DNA of 64,000 nucleotides from Torpedo marmorata (lineage: Eukaryota), in contig OZ360233.1 in assembly GCA_977017645.1 (NCBI GenBank), positions 18,104,001-18,168,000 on the forward strand. The letters are read 5' to 3'. This document shows positions 34,703 through 48,194 of this stretch, piece by piece. Position numbers and translations under genes: made by a program. The notes under the pieces are model-generated. The model made no database searches and was not told where the DNA came from. It was given only the letters and a program-made list of their open reading frames with translations. Position 1 is the first letter of the stretch. The number at the start of each line of letters is the position of its first letter.

Positions 34703-36923
34703 AGATGCAGGTTCAATTTTAATCTTTAAGGAAAAGTTGGATAGGTATATGGACGAGATAGGTGTGGAGGGTTATGGGCCGGGTGCGGGTCAGTGGGACT
34801 AGGTGGGAGAATGTGTTCGGCATGGACTAGAAGGGCCGAACTGGCCTGTTTCTGTGCTGTAAATGTTATATGGTTATATATGGTGTTGGTAGGACAGGAG
34901 CGTGGCCCCTCGGCCTGTTCTTTCTAAAATCAACAAGCTCCTTGTTCTTGGTGTCATTAAGAAAAATTTTGTTTATTCTCCAGGTGGAGCTACAACCCAA
35001 TCCAATAACTGCTCTTTTCGGGGTTATTGACCCAGACATAGGGAGTTTTTCTGTACCTGTTCAACGGGTTGTGTTCTTCTCTACATTGTTGGCTAGAAGA
35101 GCCATCCTATTCAAAGGGATAGACTCTGGACCTCCAACAGTGTTTCAATGGTTTTCTCATATTATGTCTTGTTTCAGCTTAGAAAAAATTAGATATCATG
35201 TATTTGATTTATCGGTGAAATTTGAAGATACATGGCGACCTTTTATGTCTTATTTTCATATGATGTAAGTGTTTCTAATGTGATTAGATGTATTTGCTCT
35301 TCCTTTGCTTTTTAATTTACGGTAGGAACCAAAAATTACAAAATATATATAACCTTCAGGATAAGCTGCTCAGCTGTTTATTGTTAGTTTTTTTTAAATT
35401 AGAGTAGGTTAGGTGGTTTTCTAAAAATATATATACATATAATACTTTTGATTTTTTTCATTGTCACCTATTGCAGTGGAGGGCGGATCGAATTTATACT
35501 GTTTGAAGTTTTATTTTAATATATATACACATGTGATTTTGTATTTTCAATTTGTTTCCTTTCCTTCATTGTATTGTATTTCTTATTAAAATCAATAAAA
35601 AACATTGAAAAAGAGAGATTGTTGTTCTGGAACCACCCAACCAGGTTCGTGATTTCCATCCTGCATTCTGGCTCATCTTTTCCAGGTATTCACCCAACAC
35701 TGGTGGTGTCGACATCTAATTTGTAGATTGAGTTGGAGCTGAACTTGGCTGCACAGTCATGGATGTCCATGGCATGGAGTGGGGGACAAAGCAGGCAGCC
35801 TTGGAGTGCTCCTGTGTTGATGGCCAGCGAGGAGGAGGTGATGTTGTTGATTAGCACTGTTTGGGTCTGACAAAGAGGAATTCAAAGATCCAGTCGCAGT
35901 GGGATGGACAGAGTTCTAGATCCTTCAACTTGGTCATAGGCTTTGCAGGTATGAGGGTGTTGAACGCCGAGCTGTAGTCAATGAACAACAGCCCCACGAA
36001 TGTGTTTCGGTGGTCCAGGTGATTTAATGCAGAGTGGAGAGTCAGCGATATTGCGCCGTCAGTTGACCCTTTGTGCTGATAGGTGAACTGAAGTGGGACA
36101 AGGTCCTTCCAGAGATAGGAGTAAATTCGCTCCATAACCAACCTCTGAAAACACTTCATCACAGTCGGTCAACTTTCTCTTCTTGGGCACGTCGGGGAGG
36201 GAGGAGATTGGAAGCAAACACACCGAAATGCTGGAGGAACACAGCCGGTCTCGCAGAGTCCATAGGAGGGACAGATATCTAACCAACGTTTCGGCCTAAG
36301 CCCTTTTTCAAGGAATAAGCAAAGCGCAGGAAGGCATCAGAATAAAAACTGAAAAATGGCAGGTGGAGGAGTCCCGAATAACAGGTGTTAATTGGATATG
36401 GATGGAGGAGAAGTGAGAATTGATTTTGGCTCTGTGAAGGGAGACACAGGGAGAAGCGAAGAGACATAGACAGAGGCAGAGAGNNNNNNNNNNNNNNNNN
36501 NNNNNNNNNNNNNNNNNNNNNNNNNNNNNNNNNNNNNNNNNNNNNNNNNNNNNNNNNNNNNNNNNNNNNNNNNNNNNNNNNNNNNNNNNNNNNNNNNNNN
36601 NNNNNNNNNNNNNNAAAAGCGACAGGAGGAAGAACAACGGGGGATGTTTTACGAAACATTGAGAAGTCGATGTTCATGCGATATGGTTGGAGGTAGCCCA
36701 GACGGAAGATGAGGTGTTGTTCCTCCAATTTCCGCGTGGTCACTGTCTGGCAGTGCATGAGACCACGGACAGACATGTCAGAAAGTGAGTGGATCGGGGA
36801 ATTCAAATGGGTGGCCACTGGGAGATCCACGCTTTTGCGGCGGAGAGAGCCGAGGTGTTCAACAAAGCGATCTCAGAGACTGCGCCCAGTGTCTGCGATG
36901 TAGAGGAGACAAGAGCAGACTGG
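34703..36923. mobile_element. Unit 5 retroelement stack (CR1 tail, Rex1, nested L1 3' end, Penelope fragment)
   Basis: ORFs at 34870-35268 (+), 35851-36162 (-) and 36279-36830 (-). Confidence 0.8.
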
Positions 36924-37148
36924 AAACGAAGCAGGAGCGGGAAGGTCAGAGAAATACAACCAGAGAGAGTGCATTTAGACCTGCTCGTTTATATTGGTTC
37001 CAGCGAAGCGTCATCCAGAGGGAATGACCAATCCTGTGCGAGGGAAAGCCACCAATCTCGGAGCGGCGGCTGCTGCTGACGTGAAGTTGTAAATATAGCA
37101 GGACATCATGTGAGAAAATATTGTTCTTTTGACCTTCATTCGGACTCC

Positions 37149-37616
37149 ATGTCCCTCAAGAGGTACCTGCTGACTGTATGGGCCATTCTGGCAGGTGAGT
37201 CTCTGTCTGATCAGTCAGTGCGTCCCGCGGATTCAGCGCAATCCCGAGCCGCTCACACACTCCGTGTTTCATTCCAGGCACGAGTGGGGATGAATCCGTG
37301 ACCCAAGGACCTCCGGAAATAACGGCCGAGGAAAGACAGACCGTGCCACTGAGCTGTAGTTACTCGACGAGTCACGCCAATATTTTTGGTACCTTCAACA
37401 TCTTGGAGAACCTCCCAAATATTTGGTGAAAATGTACAGCTCGGGAGAAGTGGTTCCGTCTCACGATTGTCCGGATCGGATGTCGGGTTCTTTGGAGAAA
37501 AAGAGCCAGCGCTTTCACTTGACTATCTCTGGGGCTCTTGTGGAGGACTCCGCCACGTATTTCTGCGCCATGTGGCAAACACTGTTCCTGGGCGATGACG
37601 GATCCGCACAAAAACT
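37149..37616 (+). pseudogene. TRAV: TCR V pseudogene B5 (1-nt deletion in CDR1, broken heptamer)
   Basis: CACGCCAATATTTTTGG here versus CACGCCGGATATTTTTGG in B3. The heptamer is AACACTG (37578). Confidence 0.87.
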
Positions 37617-38281
37617 CGATTTGAGAATGAGGAAGGTGCCGTACAGCGCCGCGATTTAGCCTTGCGTGAGAAAAGGCGTTTCTCTTCCTCCCCGATCCGA
37701 GAAAAACGGGGATCAATGTAAACAGCGTTTTACCAGAGAGGAGCGGAGACAGGAAATGAAGGTGAAGAGAGTTAGCGAGAGATTGATAGAAATTGAGAGA
37801 GAGAGAGGAAGAGAGAGATTATGTTGAGCAGTGAGAGAGAGAGGGAGTGAATGGAAGAGGGAGGGATGTGATGGAGGAAGAGAGACGAAAACGCAAGGGA
37901 GAGTGACAGAGAGCGGTACTGAGAGAGAGTATGATAGTGAGTGAATGAGGGATACATTGAGCGAGGAGGATGGGGAGTGAGCGGGAGTGGGTTCAGAGAG
38001 AGAGAGAGTGACAGACAGAGCGAGAGCGAGAGAGAAGGAGAGAGAGAGAGAGAGAGAGAGAGATGTGGAGAATACAGAGAGGCGGAGAAACGCGACAAGG
38101 ACGGAGAATGGGAGACGTTCGCCATAAACTACCTGCTCAATGGTAGCGTCACCCTGACCTAACAAGAAATGCTGTGCGACAAAAACGGCCGGTGCGTCCC
38201 ACAGGGTTGGATGTTCCTGACTTCACCCTATCTCGTATATCGATGTAACCTGAGGAAATGTTCTTCTTTTGACCTACATTC

Positions 38282-38550
38282 GTGTCACTGAGCTGCAGTT
38301 ACTTGATGAGTACCTCCGCACAGTTTTGTACATTCAATATCCTGGATTACCTCCCAGGTTTTGATGAAAATGTACAGCTGCGGCGATGTGGTTACGTCTC
38401 TGATTGCGGAAGAAGATGTCGGGTTTCTTTGAGACAAAGATCCAGAGGGTCCACTTGACTGTCTACGGGACGCTTGAGTCGGAATCCGCCGTGTATATCT
38501 GCGTCGTGAAGCCCACTATTCCAGAGCGATACCGGGTCATTATAAAACCA
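38282..38550 (+). pseudogene. TCR V pseudogene C5 (5' deleted)
   Basis: Same deletion as C3. Confidence 0.82.
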
Positions 38551-39432
38551 AATCAAAATGGGCAGTGCCACCAGGGGGCGTGCTCTTCCCCCAACACATT
38601 GCGGACCAGTGCACAGGACGGAGTCGGCAACTGTGCCTCCGGGCGAGAGTCGTCTCTAAAATGCAGCGCCGAGGTTGAGCCTCGCGTGAGCAAGGACGTT
38701 TGTCTCACTCTCTGTTCCGAGGCGGAGGGGAGGAATTGAGAGAAAAGCGCGGAATCTGGTGGTCCGCCTTTTGAGAGAGAGGGGGAGAGACAGGATCTGC
38801 TGAGATAGGGAGTGAGCGAAAGGGTGAAAGAAATTCAGTAGAAAGATGGTGAGGAGTGAGAGAGAGAGTGAATGATAGAGAGAGATCGTGATTGACGAAG
38901 AGAGATATCACAGGAGGGAGGCAGTGGGGAGGGAATGGTAAGTAAGGAAGAGTGTGAAAATTATGTAATGAAGGAGACATTGAGAGTGCAAGAGCGGGAG
39001 AGGAACAGAGGGAATGTGTGACAGTGGGAGAAAGAGATTGAAGGGAGGGGAGCGATAGGCACTGCTCTCGAAAGATTAAATAAGTGTAAGACCGAGTCGC
39101 TTAGAGGTAGGGAACTTAACAGAACGCGAGAAGGGGCGTGAAGGTGCAGGAAAACGAGTGAAGGTGCTGGAAAGAGAGGAACGAGAGAAAACAAGAGAGA
39201 GACGTGGGGAGTGTAAATATAGGTGGAGAAACACGTCCGAAAAAGACGGAGAATGAGAAACGGCCAACATTAACAACCAGTTTTCATTGGTTCTGCAACG
39301 GCGCTCTCCTGAGCCCATGTGCGAAGAGGGCGCCCTCCTGTGTGTCCTAGAGGATGGGCCGCTGCTAACGAGACCCCACTGTCTTATATCGGGACAGAAT
39401 ATGGAAATATTCGGCTGTTCACCTTCATTCTG

Positions 39433-39891
39433 GCTTCCTCACCACCCAGTAGTTTGCTGATTCTAAGGGCCGTTCTGCTTGGCGAGTCTCTGTCTGATTG
39501 GTCAGCGCGTGTCCCTCCCGGCTCAGCGCAATTCCTCGCATATCACACACTGCGTGTTTCATTCCAGGCACAAATGTGGAAAACTAGTGACCCACCGATC
39601 GATGGAACGGATGGCCGCGGGAAGTGTCGCTGAGCTCCAGTTACCCGAAAAAGGCGACCGTATGATTTTGGTACATTCAAATTCCCGTGGAATCTTGGAT
39701 ATATTTGGTGAAAATCTACAGCGCAGTAGATGAGGTTCCGTCTCACCATTGACCGGACAGGATGACGGGTTCCTTGGAGAAAATGGGCGGGTAACCTCAA
39801 TATCTCCAAAGCTCTTGAAGCAGACTTGGCCGTTTATGTGCGCGGTGCGGCTCACACTGTTCCTGGGATATTGCGGAGACGCACAAAATCT
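39433..39891 (+). pseudogene. TCR V pseudogene D5
   Basis: Near-identical to D3. RSS is CACACTG (39853), 23 nt, ACAAAATCT. Confidence 0.85.
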
Positions 39892-40311
39892 CATTTTGAG
39901 ATGGGAAGTGGTTTGAGAGAAAATGGCAGAAAGACGACGGGAGAGCGTGTTAAGGATTGCGAAAAGTTAAGCAGGTGAAAACGTGAGACAGAGTGAGGTA
40001 GAGCAATAGAACGAAAGAAGGGGAAAGAGGGTGGACTGAGCGAAAGCGAGGGAGGAGATACACAGATGGAAGGAGAAAGATGCGGCGAGTGTACAGATAG
40101 AGGGTGAAATTTGCGTGAAGGACGGGGAACGAGATGCAGACTGTCTTATCAACTAGGTATGAGTGGTTCAATAATGGCTACTCGAACTAATCCTGTGTGA
40201 GGGAAACACTCACATATCTGTCCTTGGCGTTGGTTCGCTCATAACATCGCCCCGCCCCTTGAATAGCGGTAACACAAAGAAATATTCGATTTTGTCCTTA
40301 ATCCGCGTACC

Positions 40312-40357
40312 ATGTCCTACCTGAGTTGTTTGCTGATTCTGTGGGCCGTTCTGACTG
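40312..40357 (+). other. Orphan leader exon E6
   Basis: 46-nt open exon, GTGAGT donor. Confidence 0.8.
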
Positions 40358-40683
40358 GTGAGTCTGTCTGATTGGTCAGCGACCTCTGTCCATCGTCCTT
40401 GCTCTAAGAGTCTCACTCTTTAACTTAATTAAAGGTGGACAATTCCCCCAAGTCATACCCTCTCCGTCGCACGTTCTCCCACCGTTTACTTATTTACACA
40501 CTCTCTGTTTACTGAACTTACTCACGGTCGCTCTGTCGCTCTATCTCTCTCTCCTTCTGTTCTCGTGAGAGGGAAACGGCCCGTGTCTCCAACAGAGTTT
40601 CTGCTGCTTCCGACGTGAGTTTGCGCTCTTCTATCGGGAGAGCATTTGTAAAATATCCTTCCTTCGAATTTAATCCGGGCATA

Positions 40684-41148
40684 ATGTTCCTCCTTAGTTG
40701 TTCGCTGATTCTATGGGCCGTTCTGCCTGGTGAGATTGATTGATCAACACGTGTCTCGCGGGGTCAGCGGCGTTTCGCGCAGTTCACACATTCTGTCTTT
40801 TGTTACAGGGGCCAGTGGGAACGATTCAGTGACCCAAGAACCACCGGAATTGATTGTCAACGAAGGGCACATCGTATCACTGAGCTGCAGTTACTCGATT
40901 AATCCTGCTGCATTTTTTTGGTACATTCAACGTCCTGGAGAATCTCCCAAATATTTGCTGAAAATCTACACGTCAGGAGATGTGGTTCCGTCTCCCGATT
41001 GTCCGGAGCGGATATCGGGTTCATTGGAGAAAAAGAGCCAGAGATCCCACCTCAATAACTCGAAAACCCTTGTGGAGGATTCTGCCGTGTATCTCTGCGC
41101 CGTGGAGCTCACACTGTTCCAGGGCGGTGGCAGATACGCACAAAAATT
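40684..41148 (+). CDS. TRAV: TCR V segment A6 (leader 40684-40729, V exon 40809-41109, 23-RSS)
   Basis: Protein same as A4. RSS is CACACTG (41110), 23 nt, ACAAAAATT. Confidence 0.87.
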
Positions 41149-41439
41149 CACCTCGAGACATTGAATCGGACCCTATGGCTAGGGGGCGCTCTCGGCCAAT
41201 CAATGGAAGCGACTACACGACGTTCCTGGAGAGACTGCTGCAACACCGAGATGCAGGAGATTTCCCCTCTTCTGAGCGTTTCTCTTTCTCTGCGTCCTCT
41301 GTGTCTGATTCCGTAATTTGAGGTGGAAGGTAGGAAGTCAGGGAGAGAAAAGGAAATGGATAGCTGTTTCCAAGAATATTGTAGGAAAAGGGAAGGAGTG
41401 TTCTTGTGATGGAATTTGAGAGATTAAAAAAAGTGTTGT

Positions 41440-43470
41440 GGGTAGGACAGGAGCGTGGCCCCTCGGCCTGTCCTTCCTAAAATCAACAAGCTCCTTGGTC
41501 TTGGTGTCATTAAGAAAAAGATTGTTTATACTCCAGGTGGAGCTACGACCCAATCCAATAACTGCGCTTTTCGGGGTTATTGATCCAGACATAGGGAGTT
41601 TTTCTGTACCTGTTCAACGGGTTGTGGCCTTCTCGACATTGTTGGCAAGAAGAGCCATCCCATTCAAATGGAAATACTCTGGATCTCCAACAGTGGTTCA
41701 ATATTTTCCTCTTAATTATGTCTTGTTTAAGCTTAGAACAAAATTAGAAATTATTTATTTGATTCATCGGTGAAATGTTAAGATGCATGGCGACCTTTTA
41801 TGTCTTATTTTCATATGATGTAAGTGTTTCTAATGTAATTAGATGTATTTACTCTTCCTTTGTTTTTTGATTTACGGTAGGAACCAAAAATTACAAAATA
41901 TATATAACCTTCAGGATAAGCTGCTCAGCTGTTCTTTGTTAGTTGTTTTTTTTTTAAATTAATGTAGGTTCGGTGGGTTTTTTTAATATATAATACTTAT
42001 GATTTTTTAAAAAAAGTGTCACCTATTGCAGTGGAGTTGGGATCGAATTTATACTTTTTGAAGTTTTATTTTAATATTTATAAATGTGTGATATTGTATT
42101 TTCAATTTCGTTCACTTTTCTTGATTGTATTGTATTTCTTATAAAAATAAAAATAAAATGATTGAAAAAGAAAGATTGTTGTTCTGGAACCACACAACCA
42201 GGTTCGTGATTTCCATCCTGCATTCTGGCTCATCTTTTCCAGTTATTCACCCAACACTGGTGGTGTCGCCATCTAATTTGTAGATTGAGTTGGAGCTGAA
42301 CTTAGCTGCAGAGTCATGGATGCCCATGGCATGGAGTGGGGGACAAAGCAGGCAGCCTTGGAGTGCTCCTGAGTTGATGGTCAGCGAGGAGGTGGTTGAT
42401 TAGCACTGTTTGGGACTGCCAAAGAGGAATTCAAAGATCCAGTCGCAGTGGGATGGACAGAGTTCTAGATCCTTCAGCTTGGTCATAGGCTTTGCAGGTA
42501 TGAGGGTGTTGAACGCCGAGCTGTAGTCAATGAACAACAGCCCCACGAAGGTGTTTCGGTGGTCCAGGTGATTTAATGCAGAGTGGAGAGTCAGCGATAT
42601 AGCGCCGTCAGTTGACCTTTTGTGGCGATAGGTGAACTGAAGTGGGACCAGGTCCTTCGAGAGATAGGAGTAAATTCGCTCCATAACCAAGTTCTGAAAA
42701 CACTTCATCACAGTCGGTCAACTTGCTCTTCTTGGGCAAGTCGGGGAGGGAGGAGATTGGAAGCAAATACACCGAAATGCTGGAGGAACACAGCCGGTCT
42801 CGCAGCGTCCATAGGAGGGACAGATATCTAACCAACGTTTCGGCCTAAGCCTTTTTTCAAGAAATAAGCAAAGCTCAGGAAGGCGTCAGAATAAAAACTG
42901 ACGACTGGCAGGGGCAGGAGTCCAGAATAAGAGGTGTTAATTGGATATGGATGGAGGAGAAGTGAGAATAGATTTTGGCTCTGTGAAGGGAGACAGAGGG
43001 AAAAGCGAAGANNNNNNNNNNNNNNNNNNNNNNNNNNNNNNNNNNNNNNNNNNNNNNNNNNNNNNNNNNNNNNNNNNNNNNNNNNNNNNNNNNNNNNNNN
43101 NNNNNNNNNNNNNNNNNNNNNNNNNNNNNNNNNNNNNNNNNNNNNNNNNNNGATCTGGGGGAAAAGCGACAGGAGGAAGTAGAACGGGGGATGTTTAACG
43201 AAAAATTGAGAAGTCGATGTTAATGCCATCCGGTTGGAAGGTGCCCAGACGGAAGATGAGGTGTTGTTCCTCCAATTTTCACGTGGTCACAGTCTAGCAG
43301 TGCATGAGACCATGGACAGACATGTTAGAAAATGAGTGGATTGGGGAATTGAAATGGGTGGCCACTGGGAGATCCACGCGTTTACGCTGGAGAGAGCCGA
43401 GGTGCTCAACAAAGCGATCTCAGAGTCTGCGCCTTGTATCTGCGATGTAGAGGAGACAAGAGCAGACTGG
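41440..43470. mobile_element. Unit 6 retroelement stack (Rex1, nested L1 3' end, Penelope fragment)
   Basis: RT ORF at 42400-42711 (-). No CR1 tail. Confidence 0.8.
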
Positions 43471-43695
43471 AAACGGAGCATGTACGGGAAGGGCAGAGAA
43501 AGACAACCAGAGAGACTGCATTTAGACCTGCTCGTTTATATTGGTTCCAGCGCAGCGTCATCCAGAGGGAATGACCAATCCTGTGCGAGGAAAAGCCACC
43601 AATCTCGGAGCGGCAGCTGCTGCTGACGTGAAGTTGTAAATATAGCAGGACATCATGTGAGAAAATATTGTTCTTTTGACCTTCATTCGGGCATC

Positions 43696-44164
43696 ATGTC
43701 CCTCAAGAGGTACCTGCTGATTGTATGGGCCATTCTGGCAGGTGAGTCTCTGTCTGATCAGTCAGTGCGTCCCGCGGATTCAGCGCAATCCCGTGCCGCT
43801 CACACACTCCGTGTTTCATTCCAGGCACGAGTGGGGATGAATCCGTGACCCAAGGACCGCCGGAAATGATGGCGGAGGAAAGACAGACCGTGCCACTGAG
43901 CTGTAGTTATTCGACGAGTCAATCCGCATATTTTTGGTACCTTCAACATCTTGGAGAACCTCCCAAATATTTGCTGAAAATGTACAGCTCGGGAGAAGTG
44001 GTTCCGTCTCACGATTGTCCGGATCGGATGTCGGGTTCTTTGGAGAAAAAGAGCCAGCGCTTTCACTTGACTATCTCTGGGGCTCTTGTGGAGGACTCCG
44101 CCACGTATTTCTGCGCCGTGCGGCCCACACTGTTCCTGGGCGATGACGGATCCGCACAAAAACT
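43696..44164 (+). CDS. TRAV: TCR V segment B6 (leader 43696-43741, V exon 43825-44125, 23-RSS)
   Basis: Open frame. RSS is CACACTG (44126), 23 nt, ACAAAAACT. Confidence 0.88.
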
Positions 44165-44840
44165 CGTTTTGAGAATGAGGAAGGTGCCGTGCAGCGCCGC
44201 GATTTACCCTTGCGTGCGCAAAGGCGATTATCTTCCTCCCCGTTCCGAGAAAAACGGGGATCAATGTTAACAGCGTTTTACCAGAGAGGAACGGAGACAG
44301 GAAATAAAGGGAAAGAGAGTTAGCGAGAGATTGATAGAAATTGAGAGAGAGAGAGGAAGAGAGAGATTAATTTGAGCAGTGAGAGAGAGAGGGAGTGAAT
44401 GGAAGAGTGAGGGATGTGATGGGCGAAGAGAGACGAAAACGCAAGTGTTGGCGACCGAGAGCGGTACTGAGAGAGAGTACGATAGTGAGTGAATGAGGGA
44501 TACATTGAGCGAAGAGGATGGGGAGTGAGCGGGAGTGGGTTCAGAAAGAGAGAGAGAGAGGGAGAGAGACAGAGAGAGAGTGAGAGCCAGAGAGAGAGAG
44601 AGAGAGAGAGTGAGAGATGTGGAGTATACAGAGAGGTGGTGAAACGCGAGAAGGACGGAGAATGGGAGACGGTCGGCATTAACAACCTGCTCAATGGTAG
44701 CGTCAACCTGACCCAACAAGAAATGCTGTGCGACGAAAACGGCCGGTGCGTCCCACGGGGTTGGATGCTCCTGACCACCCCATCTCGTATATCGGAGTAA
44801 CATGAGGAAATGTTCTTCTTTTGACTTACACTCGGACACC

Positions 44841-45285
44841 ATGTACCCCCTGATTTGTTTGCTGAATCTATCGGCCGTTCTGCCTGGTGAGTGTCTCTCC
44901 GGTTTATCAGCACGTGTCCGCCGGTTCAACGATTCGTGTTTCGTTCTCGAAATGATTGGGGAAGTTTATGTAACCTATGGACCGCCGGAACGTATGACAG
45001 AGGAATTACAGACCGTGTCACTGAGTTGCAGTTACTTGATGAGTACCTCCGCACAGTTTTGGTACATTCTATATCCCGGAGAACCTCCAAGATTTTGATG
45101 AAAATGTAAAACTGCGGCGATGTGGTTACGCCTCAAGATTGCGGAAGAAGATGTCAGGTTTCTTTGAGACAAAGAGCCAGAGAGTACATCTGATTGTCTA
45201 CGGGACGCTTGAGTCGGACTCCGCCGTGTATATCTGCGTCGTGAAGCCCACTATTCCAGAGCGATGGCGGGTCCGTATAAAACGA
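44841..45285 (+). pseudogene. TCR V pseudogene C6
   Basis: Same lesions as C1 and C4. Confidence 0.85.
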
Positions 45286-46164
45286 AATTGAAATGGGCAG
45301 TGCCACCAGGGGGCGTGCTCTTCCCCCAACACAGTGCGGACCAGTGCACAGGACGGAGTCGGCAACTATGCCTCCGGGCGAGAGTCGTCTCTAAAATGCA
45401 GCGCAGAGGTTGAGCCTTGCGTGATCAAGGACGTTTGTCTCACTCTCTGTTCCGAGGCGGAGGGGAGGAATTGAGAGAAAAGCGCGGAATCTGGTGCTCC
45501 CCCTTTTGCGAGAGAGGGGGAGAGACAGGGTCTGCTGAGAAACGGAGTGAGCGAAAGGGTGAAAGAAATTCAGTAGAAAGAAGGTTAGGAGTGAGGGAGA
45601 GTGAATGATAGAGAGAGATCGTGATTGACGAAGAGAGATATCACAGGAGGGAGGCAGTGGGGAGGGAGTGGTAAGTAAGGAAGAGTATGAAAATTATTTA
45701 ATGAAGGAGACATTGAGAGTGCAAAAGCGGGAGAGGGACGGAGGGAATGTGTGACAGTGGGAGAAAGAGATTGAAGGGAGGGGAGCGATAGGCCCTGCTC
45801 TCGAAAGATTACATAAGTGTAAGACGGAGTCGCGTCGAGGTAGGAAGCGTAACAGAACGCGAGAAGGGGCGTGAAGGTGCAGGAAAACGAGTGAAGGTGC
45901 TGGAAAGGGCGGAACGAGAGAAAAGAAGAGAGAGACGTGGGGAGTGTAAATATAGGTGGAGAAACACGTCCGAAAAAGACGGAGAATGAGAAACGGCCAA
46001 CATTAACAACCAGTTTTCATTGGTTCACAAATGGCGCTCTCTTGATCCCATGTACGAGGAGGGCGCCCTCCTGTGTGTCCTAGAGGATGGGCTGCTACTA
46101 ACGAGATCCCACTGTCTTATATCGGGGCAGTATATAGAAATATTCGGCTGTTCACCTTCATTCT

Positions 46165-46626
46165 GGCTTCCTCACCATCCAGTAGTTTGCTGATTCTATG
46201 GGCCGTTCTGCTTGGCGAGTCTCTGTCTGATTGGTCAGCGCGTGTCCCTCCCGGCTCAGCGCAATTCCTCGCATATCACACACTGTGTGTTTCATTCCAG
46301 GCACAAATGTGGAAATCTAGTGACCCACGGACCGACGGAACGGATGGCCGCGGGAAGTGTCGCTGACATCTAGTTACCCGAAAAAGGCTGCCGTTTGTTT
46401 TTGGTACATTCAAATTCCCGTGGGGACTTGTATATATTTGCTGAAAATCTACAGCGCAGGAGATGAGGTTCCGTGTCACCATTGTCCGGACAGGATGACG
46501 GGTTCCTTGGAGAAAAGTGGCCGGATACCTTAATATCTCCGAAGCTCTTGAAGCGGAGTTGGCCGTTTATGTCTGCGCGGTGCGGCTCACACTGTTCCTG
46601 GGATATTGCGGAGAGGCAAAAAAGCT
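46165..46626 (+). pseudogene. TCR V pseudogene D6
   Basis: Near-identical to D4. Heptamer at 46588. Confidence 0.85.
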
Positions 46627-47046
46627 CATTCTGAGATGGGAAGTGTTTTGAGAGAAAATGGCAGAAAGAAGACGGGAGAGCGTGTTAAGGTTTGCGAAAA
46701 GTTAAGCAGGTGAAAACGTGAGACAGAGTGAGGTAGAGCAATAGAACGAAAGAAGGGGAGTGAGAGTGGAGTGAGTGAAAGGGAGGGAGGAGATACACAG
46801 ATGGAAGGAGAAAGATGCGGCGAGTGTACAGATAGACGGTGAAATTTGCGTGAAGGACCGGGAACGAGATACAGACTGTCTTATCAACTCGGTCTGATTG
46901 GTTCAATAATGACCACTCGAACCAATCCTGTGTGAGGGAAACAGTCACATATCTGTCCAAGGCGTTGATTCGCTCTTAACATCGCCCCACCCCTTGTATA
47001 GCGGTAACACAAAGAACTATTCGATTTTGACCTTAATCCGCGTACC

Positions 47047-47092
47047 ATGTCCTCCCTGAGTTGTTTGCTGATTCTGTGGGCCGTTCTGACTG
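47047..47092 (+). other. Orphan leader exon E7
   Basis: 46-nt open exon, GTGAGT donor. Confidence 0.8.
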
Positions 47093-47451
47093 GTGAGTCT
47101 GTCTGATTGGTCAGCGACGTCTGTCCATCGTCCTTGCTGTACGAGTCTCACTCTTTAACTTAATTAATGGTGCACAATTCCCCCAAGTCAAACCTTCTCC
47201 GTCGCACGTTCTCCCACCGTTTACTCATTTACACACTCTCTGTTTACTGGACTTCCTCACGGTCGCTCTGTCGCTCTATCTCTGTCGCTCTGTCTCTCTC
47301 TCTCTCTCTCTCTCTCGCTCCTCGCCGTTCTCGTGAGAGGGAAACGGCCCGTGTCTCCAAAAGAGTTTCTGCTGCTTCCGACGTGAATTTGCGCTCTTCC
47401 ATCGGGCGAGGATTTGTTAAATATCCTTCCTTCGAATTTAATCCGGGCATC

Positions 47452-47916
47452 ATGTTCCTCCTTTGTCCTTCGCTGATTCTATGGGCCGTTCTGCCTGGTG
47501 AGACTGATTGATCAATACGTGTCCCGCGGGGTCAGTGCCGTTTCGCGCCGTTCACACATTCTGTCTTTTGTTCCAGGGGCCAGTGGGAACGATTCAGTGA
47601 CCCAAGAACCCCCGGAATTGATTGTCAATGAAGGGCAGATCGTTTCACTGAGCTGCAGTTACTCGAAAAATCCCGATGCATATTTTTGGTACATTCAACG
47701 TCCTGGAGAATCTCCCAAATATTTGCTGAAAATCTACGCGTCAGGAGATGTGGCTCCGTCTCCCGATTGTCCGGAGAGGATATCGGGTTCATTGGAGAAA
47801 AAGAGCCAGAGATCCCACCTCAATAACTCGAAAACCCTTGTGGAGGATTCTGCCGTGTATCTCTGCGCCGTGGAGCTCACACTGTTCCAGGTCGGTGGCA
47901 GATCCGCACAAAAACT
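47452..47916 (+). CDS. TRAV: TCR V segment A7 (leader 47452-47497, V exon 47577-47877, 23-RSS)
   Basis: Protein same as A5. RSS is CACACTG (47878), 23 nt, ACAAAAACT. Confidence 0.87.
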
Positions 47917-48194
47917 CACCTCGTGACATTGAATCGGACCCTATCGCTAGGGGGCGCTCTCGGCCACGCAATGGAAGCGACTACACGACGTTTCTGGAAA
48001 GTCTTCTTAAAACTGCAACGCCGAGTTGCAGGAGATTTGTCCTCCTCTGAGCGTTTCTCTTTCTCGGCCTCCTCTGTGTCCGATTCATTAGTTTGAGGTG
48101 GAAGGTGGGAAGTCAGGGAAAGAGAAAGAAATGGATAGCTGGAAAAGGGAAGTAGTGTTCTTTTTATGGAAATTGAGAGATTAAAACAAGTGGT

